The notes beneath the pieces are model-generated. The model was not told where the DNA came from and did not search any database. It saw only the letters and a list, made by a program, of their open reading frames with translations. Position numbers and translations under genes: made by a program. Shown here piece by piece: positions 23,214 to 38,563 of a DNA stretch of 64,000 nt (its first letter is position 1; each line of letters starts with the position of its first letter). Source of the DNA: Strigamia acuminata (Eukaryota); the NCBI GenBank assembly GCA_949358305.1, contig OX442314.1, positions 27,528,001 through 27,592,000 of the forward strand, given 5' to 3'.

Positions 23214-26200
23214 TCGTATTCGACTCGTTTTCGAGTCGAATGCAAATTTTGCCCTTCTTTGACGCGAAATCGTATTCGACTCGTTTTCGAGTCGAATGCG
23301 AGTTTTGCCCTTCTTCAACGCGAAATCGTATTCGACTCGTTTTCGAGTCGAATGCGAATTTTGCCCTTTCTCAACGCGAAATCGTATTCGACTCGTTTTC
23401 GAGTCGAATGCGAGTTTTGCCCTTCTTCAACGCGAAATCGTATTCGACTCGTTTTCGAGTCGAATGCGAATTTTGCCCTTCTTCGACGCGAAATCGTATT
23501 CGACTCGTTTTCGAGTCGAATGCGAAATCGTATTCGACTCGTTTTCGAGTCGAATGCGAGTTTTGCCCTTCTTCAACGCGAAATCGTATTCGACTCGTTT
23601 TCGAGTCGAATGCGAATTTTGCCCTTTCTCAACGCGAAATCGTATTCGACTCGTTTTCGAGTCGAATGCGAGTTTTGCCCTTCTTCAACGCGAAATCGTA
23701 TTCGACTCGTTTTCGAGTCGAATGCGAATTTTGCCCTTCTTCAACGCGAAATCGTATTCGACTCGTTTTCGAGTCGAATGCGAATTCGTATTCGACTCGT
23801 TTTCGAGTCGAATGCGAATTTTGCCCTTCTTCAACGCGAAATCGTATTCGATTCGCTTTCGAATCGTATACGAGATGGTCGATTTTTGTTTCCCGGACTT
23901 TGATTTGTATTCGAGTTGTTACGAGTTCGTATTTTGATCGTATTCGTATTCGAATCGAATTCGAATCGTATTCGAATCGAATACGAATCGAATTCGAGTC
24001 GTATTCGAGATGGTCGATGATTTCCACTCGCTCGTATACGCGTTGTATACGAGCTCGTATTTTGATCGTAATCGTAAACGAATCGTTTACAAGTCGTATA
24101 CAAGTCGTATACGACGTGTATACACCTCGTATACGAACGAAGTTTGTGAAAACACAATTTCCAAATAAGACGTATGTGACTACTATGTGTTTTCATGTCG
24201 TAGTAAGTGTCCGGTGGATTTTCCAAACTTCGTTCGTATACGAGGTGTATACACGTCGTATACGACTTGTATACGACTTGTAAACGATTCGTTTACGATT
24301 ACGATCAAAATACGAGCTCGTATACAACGCGTATACGAGCGAGTGGAAATCATCGACCATCTCGAATGCGACTCGAATACGATTCGAATACATCTCGAAT
24401 ACATCTCGAATACGAGTCGTACGAGTCAAAGTCCGGGAACGGGTCATCGACTATCTCGTATTCGAGTTGTTACGAGTTCGTATTTTGATCGTATTCGTAT
24501 TCGAATCGAATTCGAATCGTATTCGAATCGAATACTAATCGAATTCGAGTCGTATTCGAGATGGTCGATGATTTCCACTCGCTCGTATACGCGTTGTATA
24601 CGAGCTCGTATTTTGATCGTAATCGTAAACGAATCGTTTACAAGTCGTATACAAGTCGTATACGACGTGTATACACCTCGTATACGAACGAAGTTTGTGA
24701 AAACACAATTTCCAAATAAGACGTATGTGACTACTATGTGTTTTCATGTCGTAGTAAGTGTCCGGTGGATTTTCCAAACTTCGTTCGTATACGAGGTGTA
24801 TACACGTCGTATACGACTTGTATACGACTTGTAAACGATTCGTTTACGATTACGATCAAAATACGAGCTCGTATACAACGCGTATACGAGCGAGTGGAAA
24901 TCATCGACCATCTCGAATGCGACTCGAATACGATTCGAATACATCTCGAATACATCTCGAATACGAGTCGTACGAGTCAAAGTCCGGGAACGGGTCATCG
25001 ACTATCTCGTATTCGAGTTGTTACGAGTTCGTATTTTGATCGTATTCGTATTCGAATCGAATTCGAATCGTATTCGAATCGAATACTAATCGAATTCGAG
25101 TCGTATTCGAGATGGTCGATGATTTCCACTCGCTCGTATACGCGTTGTATACGAGCTCGTATTTTGATCGTAATCGTAAACGAATCGTTTACAAGTCGTA
25201 TACAAGTCGTATACGACGTGTATACACCTCGTATACGAACGAAGTTTGTGAAAACACAATTTCCAAATAAGACGTATGTGACTACTATGTGTTTTCATGT
25301 CGTAGTAAGTGTCCGGTGGATTTTCCAAACTTCGTTCGTATACGAGGTGTATACACGTCGTATACGACTTGTATACGACTTGTAAACGATTCGTTTACGA
25401 TTACGATCAAAATACGAGCTCGTATACAACGCGTATACGAGCGAGTGGAAATCATCGACCATCTCGAATGCGACTCGAATACGATTCGAATACATCTCGA
25501 ATACATCTCGAATACGAGTCGTACGAGTCAAAGTCCGGGAACGGGTCATCGACTATCTCGTATTCGAGTTGTTACGAGTTCGTATTTTGATCGTATTCGT
25601 ATTCGAATCGAATTCGAATCGTATTCGAATCGAATACTAATCGAATTCGAGTCGTATTCGAGATGGTCGATGATTTCCACTCGCTCGTATACGCGTTGTA
25701 TACGAGCTCGTATTTTGATCGTAATCGTAAACGAATCGTTTACAAGTCGTATACAAGTCGTATACGACGTGTATACACCTCGTATACGAACGAAGTTTGT
25801 GAAAACACAATTTCCAAATAAGACGTATGTGACTACTATGTGTTTTCATGTCGTAGTAAGTGTCCGGTGGATTTTCCAAACTTCGTTCGTATACGAGGTG
25901 TATACACGTCGTATACGACTTGTATACGACTTGTAAACGATTCGTTTACGATTACGATCAAAATACGAGCTCGTATACAACGCGTATACGAGCGAGTGGA
26001 AATCATCGACCATCTCGAATGCGACTCGAATACGATTCGAATACATCTCGAATACATCTCGAATACATCTCGAATACGAGTCGTACGAGTCAAAGTCCGG
26101 GAACGGGTCATCGACTATCTCGTATTCGAGTTGTTACGAGTTCGTATTTTGATCGTATTCGTATTCGAATCGAATTCGAATCGTATTCGAATCGAATACT

Positions 26201-29200
26201 AATCGAATTCGAGTCGTATTCGAGATGGTCGATGATTTCCACTCGCTCGTATACGCGTTGTATACGAGCTCGTATTTTGATCGTAATCGTAAACGAATCG
26301 TTTACAAGTCGTATACAAGTCGTATACGACGTGTATACACCTCGTATACGAACGAAGTTTGTGAAAACACAATTTCCAAATAAGACGTATGTGACTACTA
26401 TGTGTTTTCATGTCGTAGTAAGTGTCCGGTGGATTTTCCAAACTTCGTTCGTATACGAGGTGTATACACGTCGTATACGACTTGTATACGACTTGTAAAC
26501 GATTCGTTTACGATTACGATCAAAATACGAGCTCGTATACAACGCGTATACGAGCGAGTGGAAATCATCGACCATCTCGAATGCGACTCGAATACGATTC
26601 GAATACATCTCGAATACATCTCGAATACGAGTCGTACGAGTCAAAGTCCGGGAACGGGTCATCGACTATCTCGTATTCGAGTTGTTACGAGTTCGTATTT
26701 TGATCGTATTCGTATTCGAATCGAATTCGAATCGTATTCGAATCGAATACTAATCGAATTCGAGTCGTATTCGAGATGGTCGATGATTTCCACTCGCTCG
26801 TATACGCGTTGTATACGAGCTCGTATTTTGATCGTAATCGTAAACGAATCGTTTACAAGTCGTATACAAGTCGTATACGACGTGTATACACCTCGTATAC
26901 GAACGAAGTTTGTGAAAACACAATTTCCAAATAAGACGTATGTGACTACTATGTGTTTTCATGTCGTAGTAAGTGTCCGGTGGATTTTCCAAACTTCGTT
27001 CGTATACGAGGTGTATACACGTCGTATACGACTTGTATACGACTTGTAAACGATTCGTTTACGATTACGATCAAAATACGAGCTCGTATACAACGCGTAT
27101 ACGAGCGAGTGGAAATCATCGACCATCTCGAATGCGACTCGAATACGATTCGAATACATCTCGAATACATCTCGAATACGAGTCGTACGAGTCAAAGTCC
27201 GGGAACGGGTCATCGACTATCTCGTATTCGAGTTGTTACGAGTTCGTATTTTGATCGTATTCGTATTCGAATCGAATTCGAATCGTATTCGAATCGAATA
27301 CTAATCGAATTCGAGTCGTATTCGAGATGGTCGATGATTTCCACTCGCTCGTATACGCGTTGTATACGAGCTCGTATTTTGATCGTAATCGTAAACGAAT
27401 CGTTTACAAGTCGTATACAAGTCGTATACGACGTGTATACACCTCGTATACGAACGAAGTTTGTGAAAACACAATTTCCAAATAAGACGTATGTGACTAC
27501 TATGTGTTTTCATGTCGTAGTAAGTGTCCGGTGGATTTTCCAAACTTCGTTCGTATACGAGGTGTATACACGTCGTATACGACTTGTATACGACTTGTAA
27601 ACGATTCGTTTACGATTACGATCAAAATACGAGCTCGTATACAACGCGTATACGAGCGAGTGGAAATCATCGACCATCTCGAATGCGACTCGAATACGAT
27701 TCGAATACATCTCGAATACATCTCGAATACGAGTCGTACGAGTCAAAGTCCGGGAACGGGTCATCGACTATCTCGTATTCGAGTTGTTACGAGTTCGTAT
27801 TTTGATCGTATTCGTATTCGAATCGAATTCGAATCGTATTCGAATCGAATACTAATCGTATTCGAGTCGCATTCGAGATGGTCGATGATTTCCACTCGCT
27901 CGTATACGCGTTGTATACGAGCTCGTATTTTGATCGTAATCGTAAACGAATCGTTTACAAGTCGTATACAAGTCGTATACGACGTGTATACACCTCGTAT
28001 ACGAACGAAGTTTGTGAAAACACAATTTCCAAATAAGACGTATGTGACTACTATGTGTTTTCATGTCGTAGTAAGTGTCCGGTGGATTTTCCAAACTTCG
28101 TTCGTATACGAGGTGTATACACGTCGTATACGACTTGTATACGACTTGTAAACGATTCGTTTACGATTACGATCAAAATACGAGCTCGTATACAACGCGT
28201 ATACGAGCGAGTGGAAATCATCGACCATCTCGAATACGACTCGAATTCGATTCGTATTCGATTCGAATACGATTCGAATTCGATTCGAATACGAATACGA
28301 TCAAAATACGAACTCGTAACAACTCGAATACGAGATAGTCGATGACCCGTTCCCGGACTTTGACTCGTACGACTCGTATTCGAGATGTATTCGAGATGTA
28401 TTCGAATCGTATTCGAGTCGCATTCGAGATGGTCGATGATTTCCACTTGCTCGTATACGCGTTGTATACGAGCTCGTATTTTGATCGTAATCGTAAACGA
28501 ATCGTTTACAAGTCGTATACAAGTTGTATACGACGTGTATACACCTCGTATACGAACGAAGTTTGGAAAATCCACCGGATACTTACTACGACATGAAAAC
28601 ACATAGTAGTCACATACGTCTTATTTGGAAATTGTGTTTTCACAAACTTCGTTCGTATACGAGGTGTATACACGTCGTATACAACTTGTATACGACTTGT
28701 AAACGATTCGTTTACGATTACGATCAAAATACGAGCTCGTATACAACGCGTATACGAGCGAGTGGAAATCATCGACCATCTCGAATACGACTCGAATTCG
28801 ATTCGTATTCGATTCGAATACGATTCGAATTCGATTCGAATACGAATACGATCAAAATACGAACTCGTAACAACTCGAATACGAATCAAAGTCCGGGAAA
28901 CAAAAATCGACCATCTCGTATACGATTCGAAAGCGAATCGAATACGATTTCGCGTTGAAGAAGGGCAAAATTCGTACTCGACTCGAAAACGAGTCGAATA
29001 CGATTTCGCGTTGAAGAAGGGCAAAACTCGTATTCGATTCGAAAGCGAGTCGAATACGATTTCGCGTTGAAGAAGGGCAAAATTCGCATTCGACTCGAAA
29101 ACGAGTCGAATACGATTTCGCGTTGAAGAAGGGCAAAACTCGTATTCGATTCGAAAGCGAATCGAATACAATTTTGCGTTGAAAAAGGACAAAAATCGTA

Positions 29201-29248
29201 TTCGATTCGCTTTCGAATCGAATACGAGTTTTGTCCTTTTTCAACGCT
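23214..29248. repeat. Palindromic satellite, copy 2 (two extra 551-bp units)
   Basis: Same organisation as copy 1, with eight forward spacer-A units instead of six. Confidence 0.95.
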
Positions 29249-31257
29249 TGGGAAAAGGACTCGAATGCGCCTCCACGTTGCAATGCGCATTTGTGTAAAC
29301 GATGATGGAATCCCCTGCTTAAATACTGGCTATTGCGTCACGTAACAGCAACGTGCCACGTCACGTAATTGCAACGTGCCGCGCTATGCCACACAATGTG
29401 CCGCCGCGATAGGCCATTGAACCCGAATGTGTGTGATGCGAAACGCGCGAGTACGCGCGCGGAGAACGCGCGGTAATGCTAGCAACAGGAGCGCAACTGC
29501 CCAAGAAATTGCTCAACAATAAAAGGCACGTGGAAGCACGTGCCTGAAACAATAGGCACTTCAAATAAAGTTATTGTTAAAAAACGGGCTTGAAAACCAA
29601 CAATTACACAATAATTAAGGGGCAAGAAATGAACTTTGCTGCAATGCAAAGTTCTCAAAATACAGAGAAATGAAAGTTACACTTGTATAAAGAATTGACA
29701 ATGTTTGAAACCAATAAAAACTACAAAAACACACTTGTAAAAAACCCAAAACAATCCCAGAATGAATTATTTGACTCAAATTAACCCTAAAACGGTCTTG
29801 GAGGTCGTGCAGACGACAGAGTCGGATCGGAAGGTTGCTAAAACCTGACGCCAAAACTAGCAATGGGACAGCTAGTTAGAAAACAGCTTTTTCATCAATC
29901 ATGAACGCTGAAAACCTCACCCAGGGGTAGAAAATGATGGAGAGAACGTTTTCGCCATCTAAAACGGTCTAAAACGGGTCTAAAATGCCTAAACCGGCGC
30001 CTGGAACGTGGCGCAGTTGTTGGGTCAAATATTGTCAAAAATCAGTGGAAATTTGTCAAATACTGGCAAAAATCTGCTGAAATTTGTCAAAAATTGCCAA
30101 ATTTTGGCGCAAGTTACGTGAGGTTTGCGCGCATCCAACTATGACGAAAAATCCACGCGTGTGCACGCGCGATTTACTGGCGCGTTGGAAGCGTTAAAAT
30201 AAATTTTTCCAATGTCTAACACAATTTGCACCGAATTATGGCAATTTTTGACAAATTTACATGGATTTTTGCCAGTATTTGACAAATTTCCACGGATTTT
30301 TGACAATATTTGACAAATTGCAGACAAATTTCAGACAAATTTCAATTAATTTTAGAAATTTTATGAGAAATTTCAGCAAATGTTTGAGGATTGAGGAAAT
30401 CTTCTGAAATTTGTCAAATATAGGCAAAAATCTTCTGAAATTTGTCAAATACAGGCAAAAATCTGCTGAAAATTGTCAAAAATTGCCCAAATTCCGTGCA
30501 AGTTTTGCAAGTTTTGCGCGCATCAAATCGTATGCGCGCCTATACTATTGCACGAGCGCATTGACGCGTGATGAACACCGATTACGTTTACGAAGTGAAT
30601 TCGAGCTACAAAAGTATCGAGTCGCCATTCTATGATGGAAAAAAAAAATTAAGTGTAAACAAACAAAATAAAAACTTTAATATACAAGAAACGTACAATT
30701 CCACTCAACTTTGTTTCAAATTTTATTTATTGGATCATTGAAAATAAACAGTAGTGTTGTGCACTGTACGCTTAAGTGTTTACCGGCGATGCGTTGTTTT
30801 GTGGTGGGGATTTGCCTCGATAATTGATCTTTTCTCTTTGTTTGCAATATTTTTTTGGCCTTTTTTGTTGATTTTTCGGTTTGAAATTGTTTTTTTTCCG
30901 GTGTAATTTAAGTGGTGGAAGGTTGTTGGGGTGTGTTGAGGGTAATTTTGGCGGTTTTTGGGTCGGGATTAGTGTTTTCTGCGATTTTTGATCGGTATTT
31001 GGGGTAACGCATGCGAATCGCCGTCGATGCGTCGACCGTAGCAAGTGTGGTTGAAGTGATTTCGTTCATTCGTTATTTTAATGAAAATTAGGTATTTATT
31101 GTGACCACACGAGCACGTAGCAAGTGCGCGCGCAAGTTAAATGTGTAGAGGCCTGTGAGAAAATAAAACGTGCGTGGAAGCGGCGTAAATATTCTTTGGT
31201 GACTGCCATGGGTTTGTGCTTTGTCGTGGGCGCGATATGTCTGCGATATATATGCGT

Positions 31258-31649
31258 TAGGGATGAGAACGGGACCAATTTTCGGGTCCCGACCCGTCCC
31301 GGGTCCATTACGTTAGCGTAATACGCGCGTATGATTGCATAATTGAAATAAATCAGTATTAAGCCTAATATTAGGCCTAATAATGCTAAAATAAAGTAAA
31401 GAAACAACAATATTTTGGTCATACAGTGTAATTTACTTTTAATAATGAGTTTGTTGTTGTTGTTTATTTACTTTATTTTAGCATTATCAGGCTCAATATT
31501 AGGCTTAATAGTGATAAATAACAACTGGAATTAGAAAATTGTCTCCGCCTCGCAGTACGAATTTAGCAACTGTAATCCCGTCCCGTCCCGTATCCGCATA
31601 GGGCAAACATTACCAGTCCAGTCCCTATCCCGGTCCGTTCTTATCCCTA
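31258..31649. mobile_element. hAT-type MITE, copy 2
   Basis: Same element and TSD at offset +15,288. Confidence 0.85.
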
Positions 31650-34600
31650 ATATGCGTGATGTAGCGCGTTTGCGCGCGCGATCTAGTGCGTTTGAGCGCG
31701 CGATGTAGCACCTTGAGCGTGTCCAAATGTGTACAGGTGCTCAAAAGATGTGCGAGGGCTTCACGTGCATACACGAAGCATAAACGTGAAGAAAACAGCA
31801 GAAGCAGTTGTGTGTGATATTTATAAAACCACATCACACAAGGGAATACTACTAATGATACAAAAAGCAATAAACTTTATGAATATTGAAATAAACTTAC
31901 AAAATGGTGGAAAAAACATGGCGTACTGCCTTGAATATATGCCGGGATGTTATCAATCTTCCGGGCCCCATGTGTGTTTGATTTTAGTCCTAATTTTGGT
32001 GTATTTTTTTTTTTTTGCCTTGGTTTTTCTCGTTTCTTGGAGAGTGCTGAGGCATGCCGAGGTGTTCTCGGGCGTGTGCGCCTGTTGAAGATCGAGCGTT
32101 TCATATTTTGTGTTTAATAAGCCTACCGTGGTGCCTCGAGCGTTTATTAATTTCTCCACTCGAGGCACTTCACTAACACCTCCCCGGTGTTTAAACGAGT
32201 AGCGGCGCTTATTTGACCCCGGTGTTTACTGTTTAAAATTGTCGTGTGTTTTCAAAGTTCTTAATTTGTTTAAAAGCAAACAAAATGGATATTTGTTAAT
32301 TTTTATTTGATTTTATCAATTTCTATTGGTTTCTTGCTGATTTTTAATCGGTTTTTCTCTATTTGTGACAATTTTTGCCAATTTTAATCGTTATTTGTCA
32401 TTCTGAATTGATTATTGTCCGATTTCAGTCGATTTTTGTTGATTTTTAATCATGTTTGTTCGTTTTTAATCAATTTTTGTCCCATGCCTTACGATCAGTT
32501 CGAATAATTGACACCATACTGTGCTGTTACTCGTATTCAAGATGGCGTCGCAAACTCAAGGCCGAATTCCGCTGATTTCATTTATTGCGACTGTTTGCGC
32601 TCCATACGTGTGAAAAGGATTATGGGAAAAATCCTCAATGCAGGCCATTTTGGTGTTAAATGAGCGAGGAAGGCAGGAGATGAGAAAAATTTGTAAAATT
32701 TCAAAAAAAAGCTAAACAATCAAAATTTACATGAAGATCAATATTTCTGGCTCGAAATGCATGTATCAGCAATTTCGGGATATTTTCGGGGTGAAATTGA
32801 CTCGTTCGGAACACTGGGAAGGAACCCCACCCCGCATTCCCCATGCGTCGGCGCGCGCGTAGACGAAAATTCAAATCCAGGTGTTCAGACGGCCCCACGT
32901 TATTTTCGGGTTCCAAGTTGGGTTTCACAAATGTACCGTATTGCCTCGAATAAACGCCGGGACGTTTATTAAACTTCTCGTGTGTGTTTAATTTTGATCC
33001 GCATTTAACTGTTTTTTTTTTCACCGAAAGTTACTTCATTTTTTATTAACATGGAAAAAAAATGAACCTTTACAAAATACTAATAATAACGTTATAATAA
33101 GCAGTTACAATTGAAATTAAAACAACATTTTTTTTTTAATTAGAAACCAAAGCAGAATCATCCCTAAATTCTGACACGGCGTTGTCAAACAAACAGTTGG
33201 CGCCAAAACGAGAAATTAGGCAACAAAACATTTTGAATGCTACAAAAACACATTAAATAACCATAAAACAAATAAAAATAAATACAACAGCTAAACCAAA
33301 TTGTAATAAACAAGACAGCAAAGTGCGGGAGTGAGTGACAACGCCAAAAAAACGCCCGAAAACGCCCCAAGAACGCACCAAAATGCCCCAAGAACGCACC
33401 AAAACGCCAGATAACCGTGCAACTTGAGGCAAAAAACATGCAAACATAATTTTTTGCTTTGAGTGGCACGATTTTCAGGCTTTTTGGAGCATTTTGAAGC
33501 GTTTTGGGGCGTTTTAGAACGTTTTTGCTTATTTTTTAGCATTCTCATGCGAGCTCGCGCGTGCAGGCGAGAAAAAAACAAACTTATTTCTTCAAGAGTT
33601 AAAAAAAAAATAACCCTAACCAGGAAATTACTGTAAAAACAACGGCTTGCCTCGAATAAACGCCGGGGCGTTTACTAATTTTCAAGACTGGAAGTGAGGC
33701 GAGATGTTGTTTGCTTTATTTGTTGAAACAAATTAGGCGTCACTAATTCACCTGTATTAGGGTTTCGGTTCTGAGAAACCGGACGAGGAGTCACAATAAC
33801 GGGACACGGGAAATTTCAAAACTTACCGGTTTCGTCAAAACGCCATTGAAACGTTACATTTTTATAGCGTGTCAATGATAAAAATGGTCATTTTGGATGA
33901 AAAACGGCCATTTTGGATGAAAAATGGCCACTTTTACTATAAAAAATGGCTGAAAATGGCCATTTTTACTATGACAAATGGCTGAAAATGGCCATTTTAA
34001 TAAAAAAAGGCCATTTTTACTTCGAAAATTGGCTAAAAATGGCCACTTGAGTGAGTGACAATGCCAAAAAACGCGTGCAAACGCCTGCGAACGCCCCAAA
34101 ACGCCCCAAAACGCCAGATGACAATGCAACTTGAGGCATAAAACTTGAAAACACAATTTTAAACGTCACAAAAGTTGAAACAAAGATGAAAAATTAATTT
34201 TTTGCCTCAAGTTGCGCGATTTTCAGGCCTTTTGGAGTGTTTTTGAGCATTTTTTGGCGTTCTCAGCGGCGTGTTTGCCTCAAATAAACGCCGGTTTAAA
34301 CAAAAAATGACGTCATTTTTGGTTTAAAATTGAAGTAAAACACAAAATATTTTAGTTTTTAAATGCAACTGGTCTAAATTTTGTCAAATGTTGTCATACT
34401 TCTTGAAAGTCATCATTTATTGATAAAAAATTTGAAAATTTACCTAATTGTAGCATGTATTTGTGGTTAGTTTTGATTTGAATTCAAACTGTAATTTTTT
34501 GCTTCGAGTTGCGCGATTTTCAGGCGTTTTGGGGCGTTTTTGAGCTTTTTTTGGCGTCCTCGGGCGAGCTCGCGCGTGCACGTCACAAGTAACCCTAATC

Positions 34601-37600
34601 AGGAAAGAACCTACAAAAACTATGGCTTGCCTCGCATAAACGCCGGGGCGTTTATTCATTTTCAAAAAGACAAATGAAATGGATAAATAAAGAAATTAGC
34701 GGGGAAATCCAGCATGGCGCCCACTTCAAATCCGCTAGAGCGGCAAAACACGACATTTGAATTTCAACACAAGAATAAAATCAAGAATACACACTGTATT
34801 GAATAAAATAACATTAGGAAATGTAATTTCCTACAACAAAAGCACTATTTATTAAAAGAACACTTGAAAATAATCGTTTGCCGAACGGAATGAACTCGGT
34901 CAGCAGCGCACAAGTGCGTACCGACAACGAACGCTCGAAACGACAAAACGACCGTTCCGGGACAAAAATAAAGCAAACCAATCGACAGATCACCCCCAAA
35001 TTAGTCTAAATCAATTCTAAAACCTATCCATAACACAAGAATAAGGTCCAAACAAAAGGTTAGAAGTTTGAACACAACCGAACTAGATTAAGAAATATGA
35101 CGTCACGCGTCTTACGCAAGTGATCTGTAAATCGACGAATGCACTAAAAATCATCCAAAATCACACAAAATGAGCAAGAATTAAAGAAATAAGACACAGA
35201 GAAGTAATAAAACTTTAAATAGCAATGAATAAAGATAATATCAATATCATAGACACTAAAATTCATGAAAACACTGTAACTTTTAATAAATCACAAAAAA
35301 TGAAAGTTTAATATGTAAAAATATCTAAAAAGCTGAAATTCAAGAAAAGCAAAAATTAAAGACACTTTGTTAACTTTAATTAAGACAATAAATGACATAA
35401 AATCCGGACACAACAATTATTCCATTTTGGATGAAAAACGGCCCTTTTGGATGAAAAACGGCCATTTTGGATGAAAAACGGCTAAAAATGACCATTTTTC
35501 TATGAAAAATGGCTAAAAATGGCTAAAAATGGCCATTTGATTGAATGACAACGCCAAAAAACGCCCAAGAACGCCCGCAAATGCCTAAAAATGCCTAAAA
35601 ACGCCCCAAAACGCAAAATGACAATGCAACTTGAGGCAAAAAACATGAGAACACAATTGTAAACGTTACAAAAGTTGAAACAAAAATAAACAATTAATGT
35701 TTTGCCTCGAGTTGCACGATTTTCAGGCGTTTTGGAGTATTTTTTGGCGTTCTCAGGCGTACTCGCGCGTACACGTCACTGCCGAGTAAAAAAAACATAC
35801 TTATTTCTTCAAGAGTTAAAAAGGAAGTAACCCTAATCAGGAAAAAAAATGCAAAAACAATGGCTTGCCTCGAACAAACGCCAGAAGTGAGGCGAGATGT
35901 TGTTTGCTTTATTTATTAAATCAAATTAGGCGTTGCTAATTCACCTGTATCTCTTAGTTCGACGTAAGAACACGCGCTTTTTTTAAAATGAAAGCCCAAG
36001 TTGGGTTTCATAAACGTACCGTATTGCCTTGAATAAAAGCCGGGGTGTTTATTAATTTTTAAGACCAGAAACGAGGCGAGATCACGACTCAAGATTAAAC
36101 GAGAAGAAATAAACGTGTTTCTTCTAAAGGAAGTAACCCTAATCAGGAAAAACTTACATAAACAATGGTTTGCCTTGAATAAACGCCGGGGCGTTTATAA
36201 ATTTTCAAGACGGGAGGCAAGGTGAGATGATGATGCGGTGCGACGCGAATAAAAGCCCAAGTTGGGTATTGCCTCGAATAAACGCCGGGGCGTTTATTAA
36301 TTTTCAAAACCGGAAATGAGGCGAGATCAAAACGCCATTGAAACGTTACATTTTAATAACGTTTCAACGATAAAAACGGCCATTTTTGATTAAAAAAACG
36401 ACTAAAAATGGCCATTTTACTATAAAAACGGTGAAAAAAAAACATTTTTACTCTGAAAAATGGCTAAAAATGGCCATTTTGACGAAAAACGGCCATTTTT
36501 ACTACGGAAAATGCTAAAAATGGCCACTTGAGTGAGTGACAACGCCAAAAAACGCCTGCGAACGCCTGCGAACACATAAAAACACTCCAAAACGCCAGAT
36601 GACAATGCAACTTGAGGCAAAAAACATGAGAACACAATTTTAAACGTCACAAAAGTTGAAATAAAGATGAAAAATTAATGTTTTGCCTCGAGTTGCGCGA
36701 TTTTCAGGCGTTTTTGAGCGTTTTTTAGCATTTTTTGGCGTTCTCAGGCGTGCTCGTGTGTACACGTCACTGCCGAAGAAAAAAACAAACTTATTTCTTT
36801 TAGTTAAAATGTATTTCAAGCTTTAACAGGGGTTTAAACAGGAAATGACATCATTTTTAGTTTAAAATTGAAGTAAAACACAAAATATTTTAGTTTTTGA
36901 ATGCAACTGATCCACGTTATGTCAAATGTTTCCATTACTTCTTGAAAGCCAAAAAATTTGAAAATTTAGCTAATTTCAGCATGTATTTGTAGCTAGTTTT
37001 GATTTGAATACACACTGTAATGTTTTGCCTCGAGTTGCGCGATTTTCAGGCGTTTTGGGACGTTTTGGAGCAAAAAAAACAAACTTAATTCTTCAAGAGT
37101 TAAAAAGGAAGTAATCCTAATCAGGAAAAGCCCACAAAAAACAATGCAAGATCACGCGGTACGACGCACGGACTCCCAGCGCACGGAATGCACGGACTTT
37201 CTGTGGACTTTCCGTGCACGGAAGACCGGCGCGGACATTTCCATTGGAGACCAGCGCAGAATTACCTACAGGCAATTCCGAATCAAAGGCTTCTTTATGG
37301 TTTATACATTACTTTGCAGTAGGTATGCCTGGCCTTGATTTGAAAGTGCAGTAAATTCTGCTGAATGCAGTGTTTTAAACTCGCAGCAATTGCGATGGTG
37401 CCAACTATTGGAAAATAAATTTAAAATGTAAAACCAAAGAATTTGTAAAAAAAATTTGTTTTAATCAATTGCAATAATGATATTCTACTTAATTGTTGGA
37501 TTATGAAACGTGAAACCAATCCCATGATTAGGAAATATAAATTTTATTAAATTCATCGTGTATCTCACATCTCACATTCACTGCCATTTACTTAGTGTCA

Positions 37601-38563
37601 TCCAAAAATCAGGTTTTATCAAATCCTGAGGTTATTCTAGTACGTCTTAACTGCCCGGCAGGTCGCGCAACCTGTGGAGCAACAATTGATGTAAATAGTG
37701 CAAGCAGCACGCACGGGAAAGTGCGCACTGATGGGTCCATGCCAGTGCAAGTACATTGGGTAATGTATTATTGCGAGCGCGCGTGTTTTCACACGATTAC
37801 AATGTGCTGATTAAACCAACAGCATTATAGAAGCATTATAGACTGATTATATTGTATAATTTTTATTTTAACAAAACCCTGAATTTCATTTCTAATCGGT
37901 TTTTTTTTTTATTGACGCGCACAGAAGCGTTGTAGCATGTTCACACAATGTGGAATTTGCAAATTTGAGAAAGCGGCTTTCCCAAGGTTGATAAAACGCG
38001 CGCGATCGTGCGGAATATACAAATAAGTGAAATCCGCAAAATCAGCCATGAGACTGCGAACAGGGGGTCAAGGTATAGGCCGCCGTAATGTTAAAAATAG
38101 GGTCCCTTTCGCACTCCGAGAAATCCGCATGCGCGCCATAAGGATAAGGTTAAGCTCTCCAGAAGCGTGTGTCGCACGCGTCGGCGCGCCGCTAAAAACA
38201 TATCCTTTTCGCGGATTGGCTTCCGTGAAATCCGCATTTCGGGGGCGACTATTCTGGGGATTCCGGGTGGACCAAACTCTTCCGGAAAACGTCCGGGGTG
38301 GTGTTGGGAGTGTCAATAGACTGTTTTGTGTCAAGGTTGTCAATTTTCATGTGAGTATTGGAAGGTTCATTTCTGCACATTCTCATGTATTTTTTTTCAC
38401 AGGAGCGACAAGGAGCGATGAAGCGGGATCGAGCGAGAGTGGGTAAAATAAACTGGTTTACGTCTCCAATGCGCGTTCAAGATGGAATACGAACTCGGAA
38501 TCGACTCCAACACGCGTTCGCGTGACATACGGACGCATTCACGACCCAGATCAAAAAATGATC

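Larger units (their letters stand above)
22854..38143. mobile_element. Large non-coding repeat unit, copy 2 (15,290 bp)
   Basis: Same ends, CCTT...AAGG. It is 1113 bp longer than copy 3, which equals two extra 551-bp satellite units plus one extra 11-mer (GAATACATCTC, near 26050). Confidence 0.8.
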
